Assembly: GCA_944349535.1 (NCBI GenBank)
Contig: CALVNA010000002.1
Span: 1 to 53,959 of the forward strand
DNA length: 53,959 bases
Source: an uncultured Clostridia bacterium
GTDB lineage: Bacteria > Bacillota > Clostridia > Christensenellales > UBA1242
Direction of reading: 5' to 3'
The notes beneath the pieces were generated by a model. That model was not told where the DNA came from. It worked only from the letters and a program-made list of their open reading frames with translations, and searched no databases. Both the position numbers and the translations under genes were made by a program. Below, piece after piece: positions 45,618-53,959 of this stretch. The number at the start of each line of letters is the position of its first letter. Within the stretch, counting starts at the first letter, position 1.

Positions 45618-46931
45618 TTATAAAACTTCGATTAAAACGTCTTGGTCAAAGTAAAAATAGTTGTCAAGTGTGCCAGTGCATGAATTTTTCATTCCAAAGG
45701 CAACGATTGAGTAAATTTCTGTGGAACAAATTGAAACAAAATTCCAATTTTCATCTATGGTTACGACTTGTGTGATAGAGCTAAACTCTGGATAAGAGGA
45801 TAGGTTGCTGGTATATTTTATCTGATTTATATAGTTCAAAACGCTATATATTGGGTCAAGCACCATGGTGAATTGATAGTATTTGCTGCCGTCTTCATTT
45901 TCGATGATTTCAATTTCGCCATCCAAACTGTTTGAAACGGTTTGCTCTGCAATGATGAAGTTTTGGCTGGTGTTTGGCAGTCCGCCTGTCAAATTTTTGT
46001 AATTTGTCGGAAGGTAGGTGTTTCGCTCTCCATTCCAATCGGCTGATTGGTTTGAAGTTATTTGACCTTTTATTGTGGTGACGGAAGTCTGGTTTTTGTT
46101 CATTTGAGCAATTTCAGCAATCTTCATCAACCCATTGCTTATGCTGATTGATTGATAGGTGTTGCCATCATATTTCTTTTCGCTGTAAATGCTTTGAGTT
46201 GCAATAGTTCTGATCTGACCTGTGCCCTGGATGATATATTGACTGGCATTTTCAAAGTTATAGTTTGCAAGCTGATAATTTTCCGCTAAAGACAAATCTT
46301 GAGGAGTTATTCCTTTTTCGCTAGCAATAGTTTCAAAGTTTTCCATATCTTGCTGAGAGTAGTTGTCTCCTAAAATTTTGTCGAAAGCAGAGCCAAGAGT
46401 TTCATCTTGCCTGCTTTCATATTCGCTAAGCTGCTGCAAATAGGTGTTCCAGTCCAAACTTGAAGATAGCACATTTGTGTAATACCAAGAGCCAAGACCG
46501 ACACCTGTGATGATTGCACATAAAGCAAAGATACATTTGTTTAGCAGCCTTCGCTTGAAAGATCGTTTTTTCTTGGCGGATTGTTTTGCAAGTTTTCTTT
46601 CTTTTGCTTTGGCTTTCTTTTTTGTTTTATAGTCCTGCTCTGTTGTAAGTAAAAGCGTTGGGACACGCCTGTTTGCTTCAACGATATTATACACTTTGTT
46701 TTTCAAAAAGTTTTTATTAAATATCAAATAATCAACTTTTGTCGTGTCAACAACTTTTGTTGAAAGAAAAAGTATTGGAGCACGCTTGTTTGCTTCAACA
46801 ATGTTATGCAATTTGTTTTTCAAAAAGTTTTTATTGAATATCAAATAATCAACTTTTGTCATGTCAACAACTTGATCGCTTGGTTGTGGCACAACTTGGT
46901 TGTTGTTGTCTTTCTCTATCATTACCACCAC
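45618..46931 (-). CDS. Hypothetical bitopic membrane protein, 437 aa, with a 2 x 39-aa N-terminal tandem repeat
   Basis: The repeat (D/T)TKVDYLIFNKNFLKNK..NIVEAN.R.P.L.L occurs twice. A K-rich linker follows, then the transmembrane helix CIFALCAIITGVGLGSWYY and a C-terminal domain of about 270 aa. The ATG at 46922 is an alternative start. Confidence 0.75.
   Translation of the reverse strand: MVVMIEKDNNNQVVPQPSDQVVDMTKVDYLIFNKNFLKNKLHNIVEANKRAPILFLSTKVVDTTKVDYLIFNKNFLKNKVYNIVEANRRVPTLLLTTEQDYKTKKKAKAKERKLAKQSAKKKRSFKRRLLNKCIFALCAIITGVGLGSWYYTNVLSSSLDWNTYLQQLSEYESRQDETLGSAFDKILGDNYSQQDMENFETIASEKGITPQDLSLAENYQLANYNFENASQYIIQGTGQIRTIATQSIYSEKKYDGNTYQSISISNGLMKIAEIAQMNKNQTSVTTIKGQITSNQSADWNGERNTYLPTNYKNLTGGLPNTSQNFIIAEQTVSNSLDGEIEIIENEDGSKYYQFTMVLDPIYSVLNYINQIKYTSNLSSYPEFSSITQVVTIDENWNFVSICSTEIYSIVAFGMKNSCTGTLDNYFYFDQDVLIEVL
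46654..46873 (-). repeat. In-frame tandem duplication, period 117 bp, two copies, inside the 437-aa gene
   Basis: GTTTGCTTCAAC..CAAAAAGTTTTTATT.AATATCAAATAATCAACTTTTGTC.TGTCAACAACTT recurs 117 bp apart (for example 46671 versus 46788) with a few substitutions. Confidence 0.8.
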
Positions 46932-47124
46932 TCTCGAAAATCTTGTTTGAGATTTTCTTTTTAAAGTATAAAAACATCCTTAACAGATGTGTAAGTTCAA
47001 ATTTAAAGCATTGGTTTTTGACCACTGCTGACTATAGTATAATATATTTAATAAACACTGTCAATTATTTTTTTGCAAAAAAAGGAATTTTTTCAAATTT
47101 TATGTATAAATATGCAGAAAATAT

Positions 47125-47153
47125 TTGGTTTATGCAAAAAAATGTTGTATAAT
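47125..47153 (+). promoter_or_regulatory. Promoter of the 175-aa hypothetical gene
   Basis: TTGGTT, a 17-nt spacer, then TATAAT. AAGGAGA precedes the ATG at 47179. Confidence 0.45.
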
Positions 47154-47178
47154 AAAATCACTTTCCTAAGGAGAAATT

Positions 47179-47706
47179 ATGAGCGGAACGATAGTTGAAG
47201 ATTTTGTAAAAAAATTTAAAGAAGATTATTCTCTTGAAGAGTATCAAGAAAACACTCCACTTTCTGATGAAGATGGTTTGTTTATGCAGTATTCTCTTTT
47301 GACCATACTAAATGACAATCAAAATGAACAAGCTTTAAAAGGGGATTTGTTTGAGGCTGTCAAAGCTTTGCCGAAGTATGCAGAATACTTTGCTGTGCCA
47401 GAAAAAGATAAGCCTGCAGACAAAGTCAAACTGACGGAGATGATCAATGAATTTATAGCAGCTCCTTTGCAGGGCAACAGCGGAATTGCTTACAGTGACA
47501 CAAAATCTGCACTGAAGGCTGACAATCAAATTTTTCGTGAAGCAGTGATTGAAAAAACAGCTTCAACTTATGGCATGGACGTTCAACAAATCAAACAACT
47601 TTTGGCTCCAAAGCTTGAAGAATTTTTGAACAATAAGTTTGACTATTACAAACAAGCACTTCTCAATGAACATGGGCTTTACAGCTACTTCGTTGCTCAA
47701 AAATAA
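47179..47706 (+). CDS. Hypothetical cytoplasmic protein, 175 aa
   Basis: Intact ORF with a strong RBS. No family recognised. Confidence 0.65.
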   Translation: MSGTIVEDFVKKFKEDYSLEEYQENTPLSDEDGLFMQYSLLTILNDNQNEQALKGDLFEAVKALPKYAEYFAVPEKDKPADKVKLTEMINEFIAAPLQGNSGIAYSDTKSALKADNQIFREAVIEKTASTYGMDVQQIKQLLAPKLEEFLNNKFDYYKQALLNEHGLYSYFVAQK

Positions 47707-47744
47707 AATTGTGCCAAATATTTTGAAATTTCTGCAAAAAACGC

Positions 47745-47869
47745 TTGACAAGACATATAAAAATATATAAAATAAAATCGTCTTAACCAAATAAGGCGTT
47801 TTTTGTCTGTATTAGCCCCACAGCCTAAAAGAGCCTGTATGAAAAGACTAAATTTTCGGAGGAAATCAA
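47745..47869 (+). promoter_or_regulatory. rplM-rpsI promoter plus a leader of about 90 nt, a possible ribosomal-protein autoregulatory leader
   Basis: TTGACA, a 17-nt spacer, then TAAAAT (47768-47773). The leader has pairing potential between GTCTT (about 47780) and AAGAC (about 47844), enclosing a segment that is GC-richer than its surroundings. Confidence 0.4.
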
Positions 47870-48313
47870 ATGAAAACTTTTATGCTTAAACCAACGGATG
47901 TTGAAAGAAAATGGTTCGTTGTTGATGCAACAAATATTCCGCTTGGCAGAGTGGCTTCACAAGTTGCAGACATCTTAACAGGAAAAAATAAGCCTTCTTA
48001 TACTCCACATGTTGATAATGGCGATTTTGTTATTGTTTTAAATTCTGACAAAATCGTGCTCACTGGCAAAAAAACTGTGGATAAAAAACTCAGATGGCAC
48101 ACTGGCTATGTTGGCGGCCTTAAAGAAATTGATTATGGCACTTTGATGGCAAAAAACAGCCCAAAAGCAGTTGAAAAAGCAGTTAAAGGAATGCTTCCAA
48201 AAACTTCTCTTGGCAGAAAGCAAATCACAAGACTTTATGTTTATAAAGACGGAGAACATAATCATCAAGCACAAAAACCAGAAATGGTTGAGTTAAAAGG
48301 AGCTAGAAACTAA
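47870..48313 (+). CDS. rplM: 50S ribosomal protein L13
   Basis: [43 protein letters not shown]. Confidence 0.95.
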   Translation: MKTFMLKPTDVERKWFVVDATNIPLGRVASQVADILTGKNKPSYTPHVDNGDFVIVLNSDKIVLTGKKTVDKKLRWHTGYVGGLKEIDYGTLMAKNSPKAVEKAVKGMLPKTSLGRKQITRLYVYKDGEHNHQAQKPEMVELKGARN

Positions 48314-48720
48314 TGGCAGAAAAGAAAGTTAAAAGCAATCAAATCATTGCTACAGGAAGAAGAAAAAAATCTATCGCAAGAGTAAGACTCTTTCCAGGAA
48401 CAGGAAAATGCACTGTCAATGGAAGAGAAATGGGTGAGTATCTTCAAAGAGACACCTTGCTTTTAGTTGCTAGACAACCATTTGAAATCACTGGCACAGG
48501 CGATAAATATGACATTATTGTTCGCGTTGTTGGTGGTGGTGTTTCTGGTCAAGCTGGTGCAATCTGCCACGGTCTTGCAAGAGCTTTGGTAAAAGCAAAT
48601 GAAAATTTCAAAAAAGAGCTTAAAGAAGCAGGACTTTTGACAAGAGATCCAAGAATGAAAGAAAGAAAAAAATATGGTCTCAAAAAGGCAAGAAAAGCAT
48701 CTCAATTCTCAAAGAGATAA
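48313..48720 (+). CDS. rpsI: 30S ribosomal protein S9
   Basis: [26 protein letters not shown] ... [12 protein letters not shown]. Confidence 0.95.
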   Translation: MAEKKVKSNQIIATGRRKKSIARVRLFPGTGKCTVNGREMGEYLQRDTLLLVARQPFEITGTGDKYDIIVRVVGGGVSGQAGAICHGLARALVKANENFKKELKEAGLLTRDPRMKERKKYGLKKARKASQFSKR

Positions 48721-48726
48721 AAAAGA

Positions 48727-48750
48727 GCAGGTTTTCTACCTGCTTTTTTG
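48727..48750 (+). terminator. Rho-independent terminator
   Basis: AGCAGGT-tttct-ACCTGCT stem followed by TTTTTT. Confidence 0.7.
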
Positions 48751-48929
48751 TTTGTCAGATTCTTTTTTGCTGCAAACTATACATGATAAAAGTGCAACCT
48801 TACGTCTTCATTTTCAAAACTAAAAACATCAACAAGCGGATTGTTTAAAAAATTATATCTATTAATTTTGATTTTTTTGTTTACATAATTTTATTTTAAG
48901 CAATTTGATTGTTAAAAATATTGCGTTTA

Positions 48930-48938
48930 TGATATAAT
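48930..48938 (+). promoter_or_regulatory. Extended -10 box TGaTATAAT ending 6 nt before the trxB ATG; leaderless candidate
   Basis: The sequence reads TGATATAAT-AGTAAC-ATG (48945). There is no Shine-Dalgarno. Confidence 0.45.
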
Positions 48939-48944
48939 AGTAAC

Positions 48945-49880
48945 ATGAAAACTCAAACATATTTAAAATATGACATCATCATAATTGGTGGCGGACCTGC
49001 TGGGATTTCGGCAGGCATTTATGCTGCAAGAGCAGGGCGAAAGGTGCTTATCATTGAAAAATATGCTCCTGGCGGACAACTCAATTTGATAGGGGAGATT
49101 GAAAATTATGCTGGCTTCAAAAAGATTGCTGGCTCTATGCTTGCACAAAATTTTGAAGAACACGCAAAATCACTTGGTGTTGAATTTGTGATGGATGAAG
49201 TTGCCTCTGTGGCAAAATCTAGGAGTGGTTTTGTCGTAAAAACAAACACATCTTCTTATCAAGCGATTTCAGTTATACTCGCCGGGGGCTGCCACTCAAG
49301 AGAGCTTGGCATTGATGGCGAAATGAAATTTAAAGGTTATGGTGTGAGCTATTGTGCACTTTGCGATGGCAATTTTTTCAAAGGAAAAACTGTGGCGGTT
49401 GTTGGCTCTGGTGATTCTGCTTTCTCGGATGCAGTTTATCTTGCAAGCATTTGCAAGAAGGTTTATGTGCTTACAAAAGCCAAACTTAAATTGCATAATT
49501 ATGCAGAAGATGAACTTGATGACAAGAAAAATGTTAAAGTTTTGAAGGCTGCCATTTCAACTCGCATCTTGGGCGAAGAAAAACTTGAGAAACTGGAATA
49601 TGAGCAGGACGGAAAAAGAAAGACCATCGCAGTTGATGGTGTGTTTGTCGCCATTGGCAGAACTCCAGAAACTGACATATTAAAAGATTTTGTTGAGCTC
49701 ACTGATGGCGGCTATGTCAAATCAAACGACAAAATGGAAACATCTCTTGCAGGCGTGTTTGTGTGTGGTGATGTTCGTGATGGCAGCATAAGACAGATTG
49801 CAACTGCTGTTGGTGATGGAGCCATTGCTGGCACAAATGCAAGCAAATATGTGCTTCTAAAGCAAAAAAAGAAAGATTGA
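48945..49880 (+). CDS. trxB: Thioredoxin-disulfide reductase
   Basis: IIIGGGPAGISAGIYAARAG (FAD), redox-active CALCDG, VVGSGDSA (NADPH), and GDVRD. Confidence 0.9.
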   Translation: MKTQTYLKYDIIIIGGGPAGISAGIYAARAGRKVLIIEKYAPGGQLNLIGEIENYAGFKKIAGSMLAQNFEEHAKSLGVEFVMDEVASVAKSRSGFVVKTNTSSYQAISVILAGGCHSRELGIDGEMKFKGYGVSYCALCDGNFFKGKTVAVVGSGDSAFSDAVYLASICKKVYVLTKAKLKLHNYAEDELDDKKNVKVLKAAISTRILGEEKLEKLEYEQDGKRKTIAVDGVFVAIGRTPETDILKDFVELTDGGYVKSNDKMETSLAGVFVCGDVRDGSIRQIATAVGDGAIAGTNASKYVLLKQKKKD

Positions 49881-49890
49881 TTGTGAAAAC

Positions 49891-49917
49891 AAAAAAGCTG
49901 AATTAATCAGCTTTTTT
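49891..49917. terminator. Bidirectional rho-independent terminator
   Basis: AAGCTGA-attaa-TCAGCTT flanked by A6 and T6 runs, between convergent genes. Confidence 0.65.
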
Positions 49918-49933
49918 GTTTGTGAGCCACGCT

Positions 49934-50761
49934 TTAAACGCAAACGATGACACCTTTTTCAAGTGCATAATATGAGCATAATCCCTTTGTTGTGACCACT
50001 CTTACTTCTTTAAAATGGCATTTCTTTTCAAGTTCAGCCTTGATCATTGCAACTTCTTCATTGGCATAGCAGTGCGAGATTATGATTGGTTTGTTTTCTA
50101 TGTCTTTGGTTTTTTCACTGATCATTTGAACCATTTTTGCGATTGCGTTTTTGATTCCTATCGTCTTTTTAGCAATTTTGATCTCTCCATTGTCTGCCAC
50201 ACATATTGTTCTGATGACCAAAGTGCTTGCAATAAGACCTGCAATTCGGCTCATGCGACCGTTGTTTACAAGATTGTCAAATCTTTGCAAGATAAAATAT
50301 AGGTCTCGTTCATCACGATACTTGGTGATTGCAGTTTGAATTTCATCAAAAGAAAGACCTTGATTGATAAGTCTGACAAGCTCATCAACAATCAAAATTT
50401 CTGTTCCTGAAACGGCTTTTGAGTCGATCACGCAAATGTTTTCAGGCTTTGAATAAGACTGCTTTGCAACTATTGCTGAGTTATAGCAGCCTGAAAGTTT
50501 TGAAGTGATGGTCACAACAAAAGTGTAATCAGCCTTGTCAAAAAGCTCCAAAAAACTTTGTGGAGCAGGGCAGGCACTTGAAGACTTTTTTGATTTTTTC
50601 ATCTCTTCAAGCATTGCTTTGCAGTCAAGATTGTCGTCATCCACAAATTCTTTGTCGCCAACATTTATCAATAATGGCACAACAGAAAAACCTATTTTTT
50701 CATTTTTAAGATAGTCGCTTTTAAGTTCTGAGCAACTATCCACTATTATTTGAAATTTCAT
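49934..50761 (-). CDS. DegV family fatty-acid-binding protein
   Basis: QIIVDSCSELKSDYL...VVPLLINVGDKEFVDD matches the DegV N-terminal pattern; 275 aa. Confidence 0.85.
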   Translation of the reverse strand: MKFQIIVDSCSELKSDYLKNEKIGFSVVPLLINVGDKEFVDDDNLDCKAMLEEMKKSKKSSSACPAPQSFLELFDKADYTFVVTITSKLSGCYNSAIVAKQSYSKPENICVIDSKAVSGTEILIVDELVRLINQGLSFDEIQTAITKYRDERDLYFILQRFDNLVNNGRMSRIAGLIASTLVIRTICVADNGEIKIAKKTIGIKNAIAKMVQMISEKTKDIENKPIIISHCYANEEVAMIKAELEKKCHFKEVRVVTTKGLCSYYALEKGVIVCV

Positions 50762-50914
50762 ATTAACTCCTCAAACGGATGATTTTCTTTTTAAATTAAA
50801 AATTTGTTTTTTTGCAAATCTTCACAGTCTAGTATAATACAATATGAAAATTTTTCAAACTAAATTCTCTTTTAAAAAGACAAGTTTTTAAAAAATTTTT
50901 AAATTCGACAAAAT

Positions 50915-52102
50915 TCATTCTTGCACATGTTTGCTGGTGTTTATAAATTTGCTCATATTTGAAGCAAGTTCAATTTTGCCATACTTTTTGTTGATCAGTT
51001 CAAGAGCATTTGAATAATCCTCTTTGTTGTCAAAAAACGAAAGCTGAACTGCATCTGCATTTGAAAGTGATGATGCCCTAAGGCGAACGGCTCTGACGGG
51101 GTAGTCATATTTCCAAATCTGATCGGCAATTTTCATAGCGTTTTTTGCAAGTTCTTTGACAGAATTAGTTGGCTTTATTTTCATTGACTTATGAGCTTTT
51201 TTCAACTTGTTGTCTTTTATTGAAATCGAAAGAGTGCCTGCAACGACCCTGTGTTTGATCATGCGCTCTGACACCTTTTCTGCAAGAAAATAGACCACTT
51301 TTTCAATTTCTTGCCTTGAAATGATATCTGTGATGGTTGTGGTGCCATTGCCTATGCTTTTTGGCGGAGGAAGAGTGTAGTAATCAGCCACAGCAGAGTT
51401 GTCATTGCCAAGCAATGCTTGTTTCAAATTGACGCCTGTGATGCCCATCAAATGTTGAAGATAAGCATCTTCAAGCTTGACAAAATCTCCAATTGTGAAA
51501 ACTGAAATTGAGCTAAATTTTTTTTCAAGTCTTTTCCCTATGCCAATAATTGAGCTTAAAGACAGATTGTAGGTTATTTTTTTATAATCTTTTTTATCAA
51601 TGACTGTGGTGCAGTCTGGTTTTTTAAGGTCAGAGCCAAGTTTGGCAAATATTTTTGAAAATGACACGCCAACAGACACCGTAAAACCAAATTCTTGTTT
51701 GACTTTTTGCCGAATTTCGTCAGCAATTTGTTTGCCGTTTTTTTTCAAATATTTCAAACTATCGGTGACATCAAGCCAGCATTCGTCAAGTCCAAGCGGC
51801 TCGACAAAATTGGTGTATGAAAGATATAATTGGTGCAATCTGAGCGAAATTTCTTCATACAAGTCGTAGTGTGGGGCAAGGCATACAAGGTCGGGGCAAA
51901 GTGCTTTGGCTTCTCCTATGACTTGTCCTGTTTTGACGCCATATTTTTTTGCAATCTCATTTTTTGCAAGAATTATTCCTGTTCTTTTTTCAGGATTGCC
52001 AGTCACAGCAACCGGCTTATCTTTAAGTTCCGCTTTGGTTGCACACTCGACAGAAGCAAAAAAGTTGTTGACATCTGAATGCAAAATTACTCGCTCTTTC
52101 AT
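50915..52102 (-). CDS. dinB: DNA polymerase IV (Y-family, DinB)
   Basis: ILHSDVNNFFASVE, LGLDECWLDVT and SVGVSFSKIFAKL motifs. Confidence 0.9.
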   Translation of the reverse strand: MKERVILHSDVNNFFASVECATKAELKDKPVAVTGNPEKRTGIILAKNEIAKKYGVKTGQVIGEAKALCPDLVCLAPHYDLYEEISLRLHQLYLSYTNFVEPLGLDECWLDVTDSLKYLKKNGKQIADEIRQKVKQEFGFTVSVGVSFSKIFAKLGSDLKKPDCTTVIDKKDYKKITYNLSLSSIIGIGKRLEKKFSSISVFTIGDFVKLEDAYLQHLMGITGVNLKQALLGNDNSAVADYYTLPPPKSIGNGTTTITDIISRQEIEKVVYFLAEKVSERMIKHRVVAGTLSISIKDNKLKKAHKSMKIKPTNSVKELAKNAMKIADQIWKYDYPVRAVRLRASSLSNADAVQLSFFDNKEDYSNALELINKKYGKIELASNMSKFINTSKHVQE

Positions 52103-52152
52103 TTGCTTTTTTTCTCCTATTTATTGTATAATTGCCTATAAGAAGGGATTTT

Positions 52153-53046
52153 ATGACAGAAATGCAATATAACTTTAAAAATTGTTTTTGCAATCCATTT
52201 TCTTTTTTGCCTTCAGCATTAAGGGAAGGTGTCAGCTTATGGAAAAAAAACGAACTTGAAATGCTTTATGAATATGTGATTGCCAGCAATTGCCGTAGTG
52301 GCGTCAAAGAACTGTGGATTCTAAATGATTATATGTTAGATTTAAGCAAATTTGCAAGCAAATATGGCATAAAAATCAAAAGCATCATCAAGGCTGAGAA
52401 GATTTTTTCAATGCCAAGCTTTTTGCTTGTTGATGATGGTCTGCTTGTTTTTCTAGATAAGATGGAAGAGATAAATGAAAACTTTTTATGCGAAGTTGTC
52501 AATTTTGCAGCAAAATTCAACTTGCCGCTGCTGATAAATTTTGGGCATAGTCTGCAGATGCTAGGGCTGCTTGAAAGCCGTTACGGCAAAAGCCCTGAAA
52601 GAATGCTTGAAGATTTTGGGTTGCTTGATCGAAAGTGCTTTCTTTTGGGCTGTAACTATCTTGACAAAGATGCCTTAAGTTTGTTTGATTGCTATGATGT
52701 TGAATATATTTTCAGCCCAATCACTGATGCTGAAAATGGGACGGGATTTTTAAATTTCAAACTTTATGAAAATCGAATTTGTCATCTTGCAAGCTGCGAT
52801 GAGAATGAGATTGATCTTCAAAAACAAGCGGATTTTTTAAGGCTTTGCACAAACAATTTGCTTTCAATGCAAAGGGCAGTTGCTTTGCAAAAATATCTAA
52901 GTTTGCTGCCTTTGGAGTGTGAGGGTAAAATAGAACAAGAAAAAATAGATTTTTTAACGTCAAAGGCAACTTGTCGTGTTGAAAATTTTGATAAAACTGA
53001 GCAAAACTATCACAAATTGCTTGCTCGAAAAAGTCAAATAATTTAA
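52153..53046 (+). CDS. Amidohydrolase-fold-like protein, short and with degenerate metal ligands
   Basis: FAAKFNLPLLINFGHS..YGKSPERMLEDFGLLDRKCFLLGCNYLDKD..FSPITDAENGTG follows the layout of the C-terminal half of MtaD/guanine-deaminase-type amidohydrolases, but the His/Asp ligand positions are replaced. AAGGGA lies before the ATG at 52153, and a TATAAT promoter box sits at 52125-52130. Confidence 0.4.
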   Translation: MTEMQYNFKNCFCNPFSFLPSALREGVSLWKKNELEMLYEYVIASNCRSGVKELWILNDYMLDLSKFASKYGIKIKSIIKAEKIFSMPSFLLVDDGLLVFLDKMEEINENFLCEVVNFAAKFNLPLLINFGHSLQMLGLLESRYGKSPERMLEDFGLLDRKCFLLGCNYLDKDALSLFDCYDVEYIFSPITDAENGTGFLNFKLYENRICHLASCDENEIDLQKQADFLRLCTNNLLSMQRAVALQKYLSLLPLECEGKIEQEKIDFLTSKATCRVENFDKTEQNYHKLLARKSQII

Positions 53047-53120
53047 AATATAGCTTGTAAAAACTTTAATATGACAGCTTTTACAAAATTGCACAGAGAA
53101 AATTTTAAGGAGAAAAATTT

Positions 53121-53959
53121 ATGGATTTAGCATTGACACTTGCACAGGAATTTGGAATAAAACAGGAGTATAGCCAAAACCTTATCAATCTTTTGGATGA
53201 AGGTTGCACTATACCTTTTATTGCCCGTTATCGAAAGGAAATGCACGGCACTTGTGATGACCAGACGATCAGAGCTTTTGCTGACAGGCTTAAATATTTA
53301 AGAAATCTTAATGACGAAAAAGCCAAAGTTGAAAAGGCAATCACTGAGCAGGGCAAATGGACAGATGAAATTGCTGCAGCTTTGCACAGCGCAAAAACTT
53401 TGACCGAAGTTGAGGATATTTACAGACCATACAAACCAAAGCGTAAAACAAGAGCTTCTGTTGCGATCGCAAAAGGTCTCGATGGGCTTGCTGATGTGCT
53501 GCTTATGCAGTCAAAAAATCATGTTCTTGCCCAGGAGGCGCAAAAATTTATCACCGAAGAAGTGCCAACCATTGAAGAGGCTATTGCCGGAGCAAAAGAC
53601 ATTGTTGCAGAGCGAATTTCTGATGATGCCGAGCTGAGAAAAGAGCTTCGAGCACTTATTGAAAACAAATCAATGATAGAATGTCAACTGCTTGAAAATG
53701 AAAACAGTTTTACATACGAAACTTATGCAAACTTCAAACAAGAGATCAAAGCTATTCCAAGCCACAGGATTCTTGCAATCAATCGTGGTGAAAAGGAAAA
53801 ATGCCTTAAAGTTGACATTGTCATCAATCCTGAACTTGCACTGAATGTGATCAGAAAACTGTATAAGAAAAACAATCCTGACACAGACCAGGTGATTGAA
53901 GAAGTGATTGAGGACAGTTATGACAGGTTGCTCTTTCCTTCGCTTGAGCGTGAAGCAAG
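53121..53959 (+). CDS. tex: Tex-like transcription accessory protein (S1-domain RNA-binding), N-terminal part; the ORF runs off the window
   Basis: My own translation from the ATG at 53121: MDLALTLAQEFGIKQEYSQNLINLLDEGCTIPFIARYRKEMHG...VEDIYRPYKPKRKTRASVAIAKGL. AAGGAGA lies upstream. The frame stays open to 53959. Confidence 0.85.
   Translation, partial: MDLALTLAQEFGIKQEYSQNLINLLDEGCTIPFIARYRKEMHGTCDDQTIRAFADRLKYLRNLNDEKAKVEKAITEQGKWTDEIAAALHSAKTLTEVEDIYRPYKPKRKTRASVAIAKGLDGLADVLLMQSKNHVLAQEAQKFITEEVPTIEEAIAGAKDIVAERISDDAELRKELRALIENKSMIECQLLENENSFTYETYANFKQEIKAIPSHRILAINRGEKEKCLKVDIVINPELALNVIRKLYKKNNPDTDQVIEEVIEDSYDRLLFPSLEREA

Noticed and set aside
46654-46873. Tandem repeats considered as a possible CRISPR-like or satellite array
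   Set aside because: There are only two units, contiguous with no spacers, in frame within a long ORF, and translating into a duplicated peptide. This is a coding duplication.

Overview
This is an AT-rich, gene-dense chromosomal segment. Its protein families and gene order (ylxM-ffh, rpsP-KH-rimM-trmD, groES-groEL, tsaE-tsaB, minD-minE, rplM-rpsI) and its TTGACA/TATAAT promoters with GGAGG-type ribosome binding sites point to a low-GC Firmicutes/Clostridia-type genome; that assignment is inference. I support about 60 protein genes, mostly on the + strand and mostly housekeeping: translation factors, ribosome biogenesis, a type IIA topoisomerase pair, chaperonins, RNase J and cell-envelope enzymes. 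I see no integrase, transposase, CRISPR array, rRNA or recognisable defence gene. There is only one tRNA-like sequence, half-canonical, at the left edge. Six items seem most worth follow-up. (1) The left-edge module: a frameshifted ribbon-helix-helix mini-ORF, then a perfect consensus promoter with a palindrome at the start site, then about 210 nt of GC-enriched unannotated transcript, then the tRNA-Lys-like 5' half. (2) A recurrent TATAAT-N6/7-ATG arrangement with no Shine-Dalgarno at six genes, which suggests leaderless mRNAs. (3) A ferredoxin / Ppx-GppA-like / MreB-like operon in which both actin-fold proteins have non-canonical phosphate-binding loops. It is followed by minD plus a short MinE-like gene, with no minC or mreCD. 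(4) A two-gene operon of large membrane-anchored proteins of unknown family (437 aa with a 39-aa tandem repeat, and 736 aa). (5) A 1131-aa type I surface protein built from four jelly-roll-like modules with a cytoplasmic coiled-coil tail, convergent with a double zinc-ribbon protein carrying a poly-Asp tail. (6) Several proteins with eroded catalytic motifs: an orphan ABC ATPase, the Ppx-like protein and an amidohydrolase-like protein. Every functional call comes from reading motifs in the supplied translations by eye. No database search was run.
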